Origin: a virus
Taxonomy: Duplodnaviria; Caudoviricetes
Virus record (IMG/VR): IMGVR_UViG_3300035696_000004
Location: 155,773-219,772 of that record
Reading direction: 5' to 3' (one strand)
DNA length: 64,000 bases
The notes under the pieces were generated by a model, which saw nothing but the letters and a program-made list of their open reading frames with translations, had not been told where the DNA came from and made no database searches. The translations under genes were made by a program, and so were the position numbers. Positions 1 to 9,664 of this stretch are shown here, one piece after another. Each line of letters opens with the position of its first letter. Within the stretch, counting starts at the first letter, position 1.

Positions 1-2
1 CG

Positions 3-218
3 GTCTTCCAAGCCGGGTACGTGTTCCGTTTCTACGCGGACATGCCGATGTCGAAGTCCGAACTGATCGCATTCAAGAACATCATCAGCCTGCTGACGAA
101 GACCGCTGATCCGCTCAGCCGTCGTCTGGTTCTGAAGCAAGTCGACATCGAAAAGGCTCTGTCTCACGGTATCACCGAGCAAGGCCGCAAGAACCTGTTG
201 ACGTTCTACAAGCTGTAA
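3..218 (+). CDS. 3' end of a conserved phiKZ-like hypothetical protein (5' truncated by window)
   Basis: Frame is open from the window edge (VFQAGYVFRFYAD...TFYKL*) and is followed by a hairpin at 252-274. Confidence 0.6.
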   Translation, partial: VFQAGYVFRFYADMPMSKSELIAFKNIISLLTKTADPLSRRLVLKQVDIEKALSHGITEQGRKNLLTFYKL

Positions 219-251
219 ACCTCGAAACATGTTATGATAGCCCGGTCCCTG

Positions 252-274
252 CCCTAGGTGCGAGTCACCTAGGG
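252..274 (+). terminator. Hairpin, putative terminator
   Basis: ccctaggtg-cgagt-cacctaggg, 9-bp perfect stem after the stop at 218, with a T-tract shortly downstream. Confidence 0.5.
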
Positions 275-321
275 TGGTGATTGGGTTTTTTATTACTCTA
301 TGTAAAAAAAGGGGTTTGACA

Positions 322-1173
322 ATGGATCTTTATAAAACGGTGGCTGGGTTTTTTGTGCGTGGATCCGATGAAAAAGACACGGTACCTACAATGGCAGGTG
401 TTCCGACTGTTGACCCCAACAAGACACTCGTGGTTGAAAAACCCGCTACCTATATCAAAGCGCCCAAAGCGCCTGATAAGCGGGACAGGATCATCAAACG
501 ACTGGATGTGTTTCAGCTGATGCAATGTTTGCCGATGCCGGAAGAACGTGCCAAAAAGTACTTGAGCAGTCTTAATGTTGCTATTGAAAAATACAGCATC
601 AATACCGCAAAGCGCCTTGCGGCTTTTCTGGCTGTCATTGGGGATGAATCGCAGAACCTCGAATGCATGACGGACCCAATGAACTATTCGGCTCAAGCTC
701 TAGCTGAGCGATGGCCACAGATGTATGCGGATCGATTCTCCAAGGCGAATAACAACGCCATCACACCGAATGGTTTGGCCAAGAGCATTTCTGGAACGGC
801 ACAACCCATTGCCAATGTGACGTACGCCGATAAGCTCGGGAACGGCGGACCGAGTTCGAATGATGGTTGGAAGTTCCGACCTCGTGGCCCGATGAAAGTG
901 GTAGGTCGTGCGTTTTACACACACTTTGCTCAACATCTCGGGGTCGATGTCGTAACTAACCCGGACCTGTTGACTGAACCTAGCTACGGGATGTTGGCTG
1001 CTGGGGCGTTCTGGGCTTCGTACGGAATGAACTTCTACCTGGCTCACGACCAATTCGAACAACTCTGCTTGGCGATTGAAGACATCAAGGGAGCAGGAGC
1101 GGTAAAAGATGTGATCGGGTTAGAGATCAAACTCGAGTCGTATCAACGTTGCTTGGAAATCCTCACCAAATAG
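322..1173 (+). CDS. Glycoside hydrolase family 19 (chitinase/endolysin-like) homologue, active site diverged
   Basis: INTAKRLAAFLAVIGDES, NYSAQAL..RWP, IAN.TYAD+LGNG..SS.DGWKFRPRG and NPDLL.EP follow the phage GH19 pattern; ATG at 322 preferred over GTG 274. Confidence 0.8.
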   Translation: MDLYKTVAGFFVRGSDEKDTVPTMAGVPTVDPNKTLVVEKPATYIKAPKAPDKRDRIIKRLDVFQLMQCLPMPEERAKKYLSSLNVAIEKYSINTAKRLAAFLAVIGDESQNLECMTDPMNYSAQALAERWPQMYADRFSKANNNAITPNGLAKSISGTAQPIANVTYADKLGNGGPSSNDGWKFRPRGPMKVVGRAFYTHFAQHLGVDVVTNPDLLTEPSYGMLAAGAFWASYGMNFYLAHDQFEQLCLAIEDIKGAGAVKDVIGLEIKLESYQRCLEILTK

Positions 1174-1220
1174 CGTCATAGGCCTCAGGAGCGTACGCTC
1201 CTGAGGTTTTATGCTGCCAG

Positions 1221-1715
1221 TTAAGGCCAATACTCGTTTAAGAGTTTGATGCGCACAGCGGGGTCTACAGCCGTATTTCTGGAGAGGAGCTCAATGGCTT
1301 TCTCTCTGTCGTAAAACTCATACTTGGATGAATCTCCAGCTCTCCCCAAGAGACCTTTGTTTCTTGCCGTCGCTTGTGCTGTATAGAAACGCGTCAGACT
1401 TCCGTTGTACCAACGACCATCATCATCGACTGCCATCTCTCGTCCTGTGTGATTCTGAATCAATGAGGTTTCGGAGATGCTATCCAGATCAAGCATAATG
1501 GCGACTTCTTCGAGACATTCCTTTATACAGGCGACTTCGCCTTTGTCTCCATCACGACCACCTCCTGGAAATCCATACCAACCACCGCCATCAACAATCA
1601 AAACCCGATCCCCGTAGAAGACAGCGACCTCAACACGTTCTCGGATCGCCGTATTTTCCTCTTCTAATGCTGCACGCAATAATGATGTCATTTCAAACCC
1701 CATGAGTTCTATCAT
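1221..1715 (-). CDS. Nudix hydrolase
   Basis: W-G-F-P-G-G-G followed by a Nudix-box-like GRDGDKGEVACIKECLEEV. Confidence 0.75.
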   Translation of the reverse strand: MIELMGFEMTSLLRAALEEENTAIRERVEVAVFYGDRVLIVDGGGWYGFPGGGRDGDKGEVACIKECLEEVAIMLDLDSISETSLIQNHTGREMAVDDDGRWYNGSLTRFYTAQATARNKGLLGRAGDSSKYEFYDREKAIELLSRNTAVDPAVRIKLLNEYWP

Positions 1716-1789
1716 AATAGTCTAAACAGAAACAAAAAAAAAAGGAGCCCTAAGGCTCCCGGACCACAAGACCCTGAGGGGTCCTGTAG

Positions 1790-2437
1790 TCAATTGGGGA
1801 CGTCAACTTCAACCGGGTCGGTGGCATCCGGGTCCTCGGAAGTGACGAGAGCCTTATGGGTGCCGCTGACCGCGGGGTTGGTCTGAGCAACACTACCCTG
1901 TTGGGGATCCTGTACCGGCCCTTGAAAGACAGGCGCCTGCGGAACCATTTGAGCAGGTTGCACCAAATGCGGTTGCTGATATTGTTGTTGTTGGTACATC
2001 GCCAGCCGTTGGCGTTGGAGCTCACGGGTATGGGTCAAGTACTGTGCTTCCTGTACATACCGACCCACACTCGGATCGTAATAGATCCGGGGTTGTTCGG
2101 GAGCGTAGTGCACGACCCGTTGCGGAACAACCGCCGGGTAGTTCACCGACGTTACGGGCGCCACGTATTGCGGCACCACGTTGTTATACGACGGCGCAGC
2201 CACGTTGTTGGGTTGGCTGTTGTTGTTGATGATCGGGGTCGGGGTCGTGATGTTGTTGTTCACGACCACGTTCGGCTGTTGGGGTTGTTGGTACTGCTGT
2301 TGCTGCTGGCGCTCCATCATGGCGCGCTGGTAGCCTTCTTGATATCCGGGCTGTTGCCACGCTTGTTGGGGTTGGGAAGCGCAGCCAGTCAGACCAGCGA
2401 CGAGGGAAAGAACAGCAACAATGAAGAGGGTTTTCAT
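1790..2437 (-). CDS. Gln/Pro/Asn-rich putative lipoprotein
   Basis: From ATG 2437: MKTLFIVAVLSLVAGLTG-C signal peptide with lipobox Cys, then low-complexity sequence; the longer track ORF to 2641 overlaps the upstream gene. Confidence 0.7.
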   Translation of the reverse strand: MKTLFIVAVLSLVAGLTGCASQPQQAWQQPGYQEGYQRAMMERQQQQQYQQPQQPNVVVNNNITTPTPIINNNSQPNNVAAPSYNNVVPQYVAPVTSVNYPAVVPQRVVHYAPEQPRIYYDPSVGRYVQEAQYLTHTRELQRQRLAMYQQQQYQQPHLVQPAQMVPQAPVFQGPVQDPQQGSVAQTNPAVSGTHKALVTSEDPDATDPVEVDVPN

Positions 2438-2501
2438 GATGAGAGTCCTTGGTATTAGACAGGTTACCGGACGACCGAATAGCCGCCCGGAGGATTCATG
2501 G

Positions 2502-3026
2502 TCAGTTGTTGTCTTCCAGGAGGTCCTTGATGTTGTCGACCTCGCCGGCGATGGTGTAGAGCCTGATGTATTCGGAAACGGGAATCTGGGAATCGGACAG
2601 GGACTTGAGGGCCTGACGCGCTTGACTTTCATCATCTTCACGGAAACGACTCGCGTTCGCGGTGTCTTGCGCGAAGAACATCAAGATCGCCGGCAAGCCG
2701 ACGGCGCCGCTGGTCGGGATTTTCGTTTCACGCGTCAAATGCATGTAGATCGACAGCCGGCGAGCGATGTTGGTGACGTACACTTCATGCAGATGATTCG
2801 TGTAACGTTCGAGCATCACCAGGTTGCCTAGATGCGTACCGAGCATGATCCCCTTGCGACCGTAACGATCGACAAACTTCACGATCTTCAGCGGTTCCAG
2901 TTTGGCGGCGCCGATGGTCACGAGTCCGTCAAGGTATTCAGTGGCATTATAGTGCTCATCGGTCAGTTCGATGGTGTCCTCGATTTTGTCGAAGAGGGCG
3001 GTAAAGAGGGTGGTGACGGTGTTCAT
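2502..3026 (-). CDS. Hypothetical protein
   Basis: 174-aa ORF with SD (aaggaac) in a co-directional cluster. Confidence 0.65.
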   Translation of the reverse strand: MNTVTTLFTALFDKIEDTIELTDEHYNATEYLDGLVTIGAAKLEPLKIVKFVDRYGRKGIMLGTHLGNLVMLERYTNHLHEVYVTNIARRLSIYMHLTRETKIPTSGAVGLPAILMFFAQDTANASRFREDDESQARQALKSLSDSQIPVSEYIRLYTIAGEVDNIKDLLEDNN

Positions 3027-3077
3027 GGTAGTTCCTTTATACGGTGTGATAGGAGAGTTCGACTGTGGGTCAATGCA

Positions 3078-3347
3078 TTAATGCAACAGGTCGCTTACTG
3101 CAAGAGCCCGACCATTCGGATGGCTCTTTACCCAGGCAGCATGCTGCTCGAGGATATTTTTCTGGCAGTACGGGGTGTTGGCCGGGTTCCCGAGACCGTA
3201 ATGGTCCACACGTTCTTTTACGCAGTCCGCGTACTTCGTTGCGTAACTGGTTTCAAACTGACTCGTGAAGGCTAATACTGCGAGAGCCACAATGGTCAGG
3301 AAGACAATGAAGGGGAGCGAAACGGCACTACTTTGAGAATGATGCAT
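3078..3347 (-). CDS. Small membrane protein
   Basis: SD aaggaa; N-terminal hydrophobic helix LPFIVFLTIVALAVLAF; two Cys in the C-terminal part. Confidence 0.6.
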   Translation of the reverse strand: MHHSQSSAVSLPFIVFLTIVALAVLAFTSQFETSYATKYADCVKERVDHYGLGNPANTPYCQKNILEQHAAWVKSHPNGRALAVSDLLH

Positions 3348-3419
3348 GGTGTATTTCCTTTTTAGGTTGTGTTAGACATTTCTTGAGACGCCCTCGTAAG
3401 AAGGCGTCTGGGGAAAGGT

Positions 3420-4127
3420 TTAGTTCGGTTCAACAGCCTCGGCGAAACCCAGGCTGGCGGCGGCCGTAGCAAAATCCTGACAGTCCGCGAAACCTTCCTT
3501 GCCAAATGTCCGGGCATTGCTGCAAACCAGCTTTGCGGCCGAACCCGCTTCATTGTTGGTCATCGCCAGACCGAGGAACCCGTGATCACCCGTTTTCCGG
3601 ACCAGGTAAATCGAGGTCTGGAATTGGCTCGTTTTGGTAGCGATGATTTCCACCGGTGTGCAGGGCTCGTACCCCGACGTATCGGATGCGTAACCGAACT
3701 GACACGTCGTTGCTTCGACGTATTCTGCCGGGAACTTTTCGCGGTGGAGGGCCAGGAGAGCCGGTTTGACGAGGGTCTTCACGGACGACATCGTGGTTTC
3801 GAACACCGAGATGAACGCACCGATGCTGTCGATGATCGGTTGGGAAACGCTGATCACACCGGACCAGAACGACAGGTACCGGATGGTTTCTTTTTCCGGG
3901 ATCTTGATCGAGATCTGGCTATTGGCATACTCGATTACAATCGGCTCCTGACCGGGCTTGCAGGTCGGCGTGTAGATGCCTTTGGTGAGGAGTTCATTCA
4001 CGATTTCGAAGGCATCGTCAGCGATGTCAACATCGAAATCAAAACCGCGCAGGATGTCGGTCAGCTGGCAACCAATCTTGCGGGCTGCTTCAAATTCGGA
4101 GAGTTCGATAACGATTTTCATGATCAT
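3420..4127 (-). CDS. Hypothetical protein (early)
   Basis: 235-aa ORF, SD aaggaa, promoter motif ~70 nt upstream. Confidence 0.7.
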   Translation of the reverse strand: MIMKIVIELSEFEAARKIGCQLTDILRGFDFDVDIADDAFEIVNELLTKGIYTPTCKPGQEPIVIEYANSQISIKIPEKETIRYLSFWSGVISVSQPIIDSIGAFISVFETTMSSVKTLVKPALLALHREKFPAEYVEATTCQFGYASDTSGYEPCTPVEIIATKTSQFQTSIYLVRKTGDHGFLGLAMTNNEAGSAAKLVCSNARTFGKEGFADCQDFATAAASLGFAEAVEPN

Positions 4128-4195
4128 TCCTTTATGCGTTTATTAGACAACAAGAAAGACAGGATAGCATGATTGCTACTCAATGTCAATCCAGT

Positions 4196-4218
4196 TATAT
4201 AGGTTTGAGATATTCTGG
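4196..4218 (-). promoter_or_regulatory. Putative phage early promoter
   Basis: Gene strand ccagaatatctcaaacctatata; copy of the 8-fold motif. Confidence 0.65.
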
Positions 4219-4226
4219 AATCGCGA

Positions 4227-4733
4227 TTAAACGTCCACGGTTTCTGCCTCTTCGCAGAGCAGGTCAATAATGCGTTTGACTGTACTACGATGCAACGGCA
4301 TGAGGCGTTCCAGAAGCTCGAGCGCTTCTCTGGGGACGAACCCTTTCCAGCGAGCGGCCAGCGCCTTGAGTTCTTCATTCATGGCAAATTCGCTTTCCGC
4401 AAAGATCTTCAGAAGGGCCTTCGATTCCAGCACCATCTTCAGAAACAGCCCGATCCGATCGTCGAACTTATGCGGGAGTTTTTCTCGCCATGTGGCGATG
4501 GCCTGGTGTTCTGTCATTCCCAGACCTTGGAAGTATGCCAACTTCCCGCGACGGACCAAATCCCGGGTTCGGGCATTGGTTGGAACCAAGATTCGGCGTT
4601 CTTCGTAATCGTAGTACGTCACGATGATCCGTGAATCCCAATCGGTATCCGGGGAAAAGGCTTTGTTGAGATCCGGAACAAACCCAAAGTTCCGGATGGC
4701 GATGATATCGAGATCTTGTTGTGAATAATACAT
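4227..4733 (-). CDS. Hypothetical protein
   Basis: 168-aa ORF in a co-directional cluster. Confidence 0.6.
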   Translation of the reverse strand: MYYSQQDLDIIAIRNFGFVPDLNKAFSPDTDWDSRIIVTYYDYEERRILVPTNARTRDLVRRGKLAYFQGLGMTEHQAIATWREKLPHKFDDRIGLFLKMVLESKALLKIFAESEFAMNEELKALAARWKGFVPREALELLERLMPLHRSTVKRIIDLLCEEAETVDV

Positions 4734-4789
4734 GGAGTCTCTTCCTTGTCATTAAACCGCCCTCCGCAAAAGAGGGCGGTCAGAGGGTT

Positions 4790-5335
4790 TTAGTTCAGAC
4801 GACTATCAGCCCAGTACCACAGGGTCGGCCACTTTCCGCTATCGCAGATTTTCTTGATGGTGCGCGGGTCGTGATGCGAACTCCGTACCGCTTCCATGAC
4901 ACTCGGGTAGTAAATGCCGTTGACGACCACCGGCTGCTTTACGGTGGCTTTACCCGGGCCCGCAGGGTTGGGTGCAAACTTCGGGTCGCGGCCATTATTG
5001 ATAGCACGCGGTGCGTCTTTCGGAGGGGTATCGAGCTCGAGGGCGGATTTCCTGCCAGTCTTCTTGGACACCTTTTCCTTCAGTTCCTCGGTCGGTTCCT
5101 GGGTAGCTTCGGTTTTCGGTTTCACCTTCCTGACCTTCTTGGGTTTCTTTTCACCCGCTTCCGGTTCAGGCGGCATGTCTTTCGGTGTAGCCGGAAAGAG
5201 TTCGCTCTTCGTGAATCCGTAGGTCGCGATGGCGGCCAGCGTATTCTTCAGCGCTTGCTTGCGCTTGGCTTCGATGAGTTCGCCAACAAAGATGTGGAGC
5301 CCTTGGAGCTGTTCGAGAGTGTATTTCTTCAACAT
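4790..5335 (-). CDS. H-NS-like oligomerisation domain fused to a NUMOD1/IENR1-like DNA-binding domain
   Basis: N-term YTLEQLQGL...IEAKRKQALKNTLAAIATYGFTKSELF resembles the H-NS family N-terminus; Lys/Pro/Glu-rich linker; C-term PVVVNGIYYPSVMEAVR. Confidence 0.5.
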   Translation of the reverse strand: MLKKYTLEQLQGLHIFVGELIEAKRKQALKNTLAAIATYGFTKSELFPATPKDMPPEPEAGEKKPKKVRKVKPKTEATQEPTEELKEKVSKKTGRKSALELDTPPKDAPRAINNGRDPKFAPNPAGPGKATVKQPVVVNGIYYPSVMEAVRSSHHDPRTIKKICDSGKWPTLWYWADSRLN

Positions 5336-5410
5336 ACGCGTATTCCTTTTTAAAAGATATTAAACAGTACAACACATTACGACATGATTATTATTCAATG
5401 TCACCTGAGT

Positions 5411-5433
5411 TATATAGGTTTGAAATATTCTAG
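5411..5433 (-). promoter_or_regulatory. Putative phage early promoter
   Basis: Gene strand ctagaatatttcaaacctatata, ~75 nt upstream of ATG 5335. Confidence 0.7.
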
Positions 5434-5499
5434 AATCGTTTATTTTGACAAAGAAAAAATAGGGGCATAAACCCCCGCTCCTTGAGGAGCGGGGGAGCC

Positions 5500-6009
5500 T
5501 TATGTCTCATAGTGAATCCAGTCTGCTTCTTTGTTGAGGATGAGAGCTTCTGTTTCTTGCCACGTTTGCTCAAGGAACTTGGCAACGGCGTTGACAGATC
5601 GAAAGCGAATGCCGTTGAGAATAACCGCACGCATCTTACGACGAGAGGGTGTGGATGCGGTCGATTCGGATTTCTGTGGTTTGATGGCTTTCCATCCAGG
5701 CCCTAGTTGAAGAAACTTCTTTCTTACAGGGGCTTCAGGTGGACGATATTCGGCTTTTGCAGGGGGCGTCTTCTCGTTGAAGATCGCTTCAAGTAAAGAA
5801 TCCACCGTATTTTCACCGGTGGTTGATGCGGTCGTGATGGAGAGAACCTCTTCACCCTTTTCTTCAGGTGCCGGAAAGAACGCGCTGATGAATTCGGATC
5901 TCATGGATTCGAGCTTCATTTCTGCGCCAGCAATCAACGAACGAGCATAGCGCAAATCATTAGCGAGTTGGCAAAAATCATTCACGAGTGCTTCTTTGGT
6001 CTTAGCCAC
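5500..6009 (-). CDS. Hypothetical protein with C-terminal NUMOD1-like DNA-binding motif
   Basis: GTG start with SD aaggaa; C-term AVILNGIRFRSVNAVAKFL resembles the C-terminus of the neighbouring 4790..5335 protein. Confidence 0.55.
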   Translation of the reverse strand: MAKTKEALVNDFCQLANDLRYARSLIAGAEMKLESMRSEFISAFFPAPEEKGEEVLSITTASTTGENTVDSLLEAIFNEKTPPAKAEYRPPEAPVRKKFLQLGPGWKAIKPQKSESTASTPSRRKMRAVILNGIRFRSVNAVAKFLEQTWQETEALILNKEADWIHYET

Positions 6010-6086
6010 CGTCTTTTCCTTGTTATTAGAGGGTCAGTAAAGTGAGCGAGCTTTACCGATCCCTATTCCACACATTCGTTGCCATT

Positions 6087-7619
6087 CTAGATCCTCATCC
6101 CCGAACGCTCAATATTACATTTCAGGGCTTCGTCTTTTAAGAGTTCCAATTTGTGGCGATGGTAGTCAATCGCTTTCGGAACATCTTCGCACACCAAGTA
6201 CGCAAAGTCTGGTGTTCGGCCATCATTCAACTCTCTCAAACGGCCAGCGCCTTGGATGTTCCCTTGGCTACTGTTGAGTGCGACAGTCAACAAGACACGT
6301 TTGAGACCCGGTATATCGACGTTTGTCCCTGCCGACCCGAGTGTTGTCACACTGATGTCCATTGTCATCAAGTTGCTGTACGGATCACCCTGGACGTATC
6401 GCCCTATATTGAATTCGTAGTAATAGCTCCTCAATTGATTAGTCAGGTACGTGCAAAATTCAACAGTCGAAGCGTAGATGACCATTCGATCTCCCCGGAT
6501 GTACTCGCCCATGAACATCCCGTCTACGCACTTGATAATCAAATCGACGTACCCTTTCAGAGCCTCTTTGTTCTTCATGATACTTTGTTCAAATGCAACA
6601 TGAGAGTAACGAGTATCACCGGGTTGGGTCGTACGAATTCGATCGGGATGCTTCAGATGGTACATGATGGCGGTGGCACGGATGAACTTGTGTACCGTCA
6701 ACGGAACAAACCGCATACTCCCTGGGTAAGCCACCTCGTACATCTTGTTCACGAAGTCGTCGTCTGACTTCAATGTTCCGGACAACGAGATCGAATATGG
6801 CGTATGCGTGTAGAGATCAATCTTGAAGTTCAGGTGGAAGTCTTGGTGCAGCTCGTCCACGACCCGGCAAGACTTGATGTGTTCGAACAGATCCTCGGGC
6901 AGGCATGCGTAACCGAGATCCAGAATCTTTGCACCTTCATGTTCGTACAACTTCAACCAGTTTTGAATGGTCTTGTTGGAAATCAGGATGACCTTGGCAT
7001 CAAGCGCATCAAGAGACGCTAATTCCAGCAGCGCCTTTAGCTGCTTCGAGCCTTCGACCGTCATGACATCTTCAGGCTCAATATCGAGCGTCTTGACAGC
7101 GTCCCGAACCCATTTATCAATGTAGCCGGGTCGCAAGACATACGCTGGACGATACCCTAAGTCATGCACAATCTGCATCGAACAGTAGGATTTACCACCA
7201 CCCGGTTTCAGAGTCAGGACTTTACTGGCTTTGTGAACATCCTTTTTGGCGTACGCAATTGCCTCAGGTTGATCTCGCTTCGGATCAGGTACCCAACCAT
7301 CACGGATAGGGAGATCGAAGTGTGGATAGCTCGGAATGGGTCGTGTGACGTACTCTATCATGCTTTCTTTGATAAAGTCTGCCGCCATGCACGCTTTAAA
7401 ATCCTCCAGTGTGTTAATGTGGAAACGGTACTCTTTTCTGTTTTTACTGCGGGCAGCGAACACTTTCAACATCTTGTAAATCATTCGCCTACCCTTGCGT
7501 TCATATCCCCACTGTGCATAACGCTTTGCAAATCTCTCCACAGCCGAGTAGGCCCGTGGAGAGATCCGTGTACACACAAAGTGGTGAGACGCGATGGTGA
7601 CTCGCAACTCAGCCATCAT
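6087..7619 (-). CDS. Superfamily 2 helicase (phiKZ gp75-like)
   Basis: Motif I PGGGKS, motif II VVDELH, motif III SLSGT, motif VI QGAGRLR; follows the beta' C gene as in phiKZ. Confidence 0.88.
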   Translation of the reverse strand: MMAELRVTIASHHFVCTRISPRAYSAVERFAKRYAQWGYERKGRRMIYKMLKVFAARSKNRKEYRFHINTLEDFKACMAADFIKESMIEYVTRPIPSYPHFDLPIRDGWVPDPKRDQPEAIAYAKKDVHKASKVLTLKPGGGKSYCSMQIVHDLGYRPAYVLRPGYIDKWVRDAVKTLDIEPEDVMTVEGSKQLKALLELASLDALDAKVILISNKTIQNWLKLYEHEGAKILDLGYACLPEDLFEHIKSCRVVDELHQDFHLNFKIDLYTHTPYSISLSGTLKSDDDFVNKMYEVAYPGSMRFVPLTVHKFIRATAIMYHLKHPDRIRTTQPGDTRYSHVAFEQSIMKNKEALKGYVDLIIKCVDGMFMGEYIRGDRMVIYASTVEFCTYLTNQLRSYYYEFNIGRYVQGDPYSNLMTMDISVTTLGSAGTNVDIPGLKRVLLTVALNSSQGNIQGAGRLRELNDGRTPDFAYLVCEDVPKAIDYHRHKLELLKDEALKCNIERSGMRI

Positions 7620-7630
7620 TTCCCGATCTT

Positions 7631-9649
7631 TTAACGACGTTTACTGAAAACCTCAAACGGCATGATGAGACCATCCATCGGGTGGTTGGCTCGTTTCGGA
7701 TTGAGATACGATTCCGGTGACGTGAAAGCCTTGTGGTGATGTTCGAACGCCATGAGGGGAGCAGCACTTCGTTTTTCCATCGTGGCGCGCATGACGCCGA
7801 GACCCGAATCCGTCCCTACCTTGGGCAAACGATAATCCTCATCCTCTTCATCGGCGCTTCGAATCATGCAACCATACATGATCACTTCAAGAACTTTCAA
7901 GTTGACATCCAGTTTGCTATTGACCAAGTCGAAGAACTCAGTCAAGAACGCATCTGGAGAAATTACTTTGTCACGTTCATAGAGATTCTCTACGGACGAC
8001 TCAAGCAACTGGGCAATCTCGTTGGAATAATCGCTCATGTTGGCATGCTTGAGAGGGAGCGTCAGAATCTCTTTAGACCAATCCCAACCCTTCATCGAGA
8101 TGTTGTAATTCCCCATCTCGTCGATTTCACGCTTACCGTCTTTGATCGCGTGGTTCAGGAGAGCATACGACATAGATGCCATACGTTTTTCAACAGCGAC
8201 TTCGAATTCCACGAAGGTTTCGCAATCTTTCTCCTTTACCAGGAAGCCAATGACTGGCATTTCAGAAACGCGAGTGATGCTGTGGTCCTCGGGACGACCC
8301 GATGCAAAGATGTCTGTCAGACCAGTAGCGAACTTCGGAATCACCACTAGCGTAACATCGCGACCTTTCAGGTTGTCACTCAACAGATAGGAATATCCGT
8401 CAGGAGATACCTTGAGATAGCGCGACATGTGATCATCAGTAATCTTGATCTGCTTGACCACCGCATTACCATCCAAGTGCTTCACCGAGATCACCGACTG
8501 AGATTGCGGCTCGCACATTGTGACGGTACACATGTGTCCCAGATTCGTTCCTTCCGGGACATCGTCACTCAGACGACCAAAGCAGACGGAACAAACGCCA
8601 TACGGGTCAGGGTGCTGACAATGGTGAACGGAACGCATCTTGATCGTTGTTCCAATCAGGTGCGTATCCGTTGACATGACCTCCTCCAGAACCCCTTCAT
8701 CAGACATGTAGAATGCGCCGACGATATTCGGGAGATCACCCTTCACCAACACTTCCCCTGTCTCATCATCCACCTGTCGAGGTCGGATATGGAAGTGCGT
8801 ATAGGTCGTGCTGCCGCAGTCACAATGATGCAAGTTCTGCACCACTTGATCCATCAGTTGCAGACGCCTTGAGAAATACTCAGCCTTTTGCAGCGGAGAT
8901 TTCGCAAAGATCGACGCCTTCCCTGCTGATCGAGACTCCATCATGGAATCACACAGCTTACGGAACCCTTCGGCATAACCTCGTTTGATCGGATGACGGA
9001 ACGTGATCGAATCCAGTTCTGTCAAGTTACCTCGTGGTCCGATACATTGCTGCACCTGACTGCTCTTGACAATAGAAGATCGCATCCCTTTAGAGATCGG
9101 GTTGTCCGGAAAGAGCTCCGCTGACGCAACGGTTTTCATCACCGTGTTCGTCGCCCACTCGATAGACTTCTGCGTGTCGTTCATGGCCATCTTGATTTTC
9201 AGGATCTCGGGATGATCCAGAATCTCAATGAAGTTCAAGATATCCAACGACATCTGCATCGGCCGTGCCCGATTACGGAGATCGTTGTACATCAGGTTGA
9301 ACAACTGATACACACGCTTGGATAGAGCATCCCGGGAGGTTGGTCCCGAGTCATTCTGATACTTGTCATACGTCGACCACATGCAGTTGCCGAGAATTTC
9401 CAGGTGCGTGCCGCTGTTATACCGTTTACTGCCGAGAATCTTTGTCACGTGATGCTTCATCAGCATCGGTGTGTTTCGAAACTCGCGATGGAACTCCCAC
9501 GCATATGAGCTATAACACGTAGAGATCCAATCGACTTCCATTTCACCATCGTCGAAGACCAGGATAAAACGCCCTACTAGGCTTGTCCACAGATAGTCTG
9601 TTGAATAGTCCAGCAGGGTTCTGGCTAATATTCTTCGCATTATTACCAT
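7631..9649 (-). CDS. rpoC: Non-virion RNAP beta' C-terminal subunit (phiKZ gp74-like)
   Basis: Bridge-helix-like KAEYFSRRLQL, Zn ligands CDCG...CQH...CSVC, trigger-loop-like CEPQSQSVISVKH. Confidence 0.85.
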   Translation of the reverse strand: MVIMRRILARTLLDYSTDYLWTSLVGRFILVFDDGEMEVDWISTCYSSYAWEFHREFRNTPMLMKHHVTKILGSKRYNSGTHLEILGNCMWSTYDKYQNDSGPTSRDALSKRVYQLFNLMYNDLRNRARPMQMSLDILNFIEILDHPEILKIKMAMNDTQKSIEWATNTVMKTVASAELFPDNPISKGMRSSIVKSSQVQQCIGPRGNLTELDSITFRHPIKRGYAEGFRKLCDSMMESRSAGKASIFAKSPLQKAEYFSRRLQLMDQVVQNLHHCDCGSTTYTHFHIRPRQVDDETGEVLVKGDLPNIVGAFYMSDEGVLEEVMSTDTHLIGTTIKMRSVHHCQHPDPYGVCSVCFGRLSDDVPEGTNLGHMCTVTMCEPQSQSVISVKHLDGNAVVKQIKITDDHMSRYLKVSPDGYSYLLSDNLKGRDVTLVVIPKFATGLTDIFASGRPEDHSITRVSEMPVIGFLVKEKDCETFVEFEVAVEKRMASMSYALLNHAIKDGKREIDEMGNYNISMKGWDWSKEILTLPLKHANMSDYSNEIAQLLESSVENLYERDKVISPDAFLTEFFDLVNSKLDVNLKVLEVIMYGCMIRSADEEDEDYRLPKVGTDSGLGVMRATMEKRSAAPLMAFEHHHKAFTSPESYLNPKRANHPMDGLIMPFEVFSKRR

Positions 9650-9664
9650 CCCCCTTTTTCTTTC

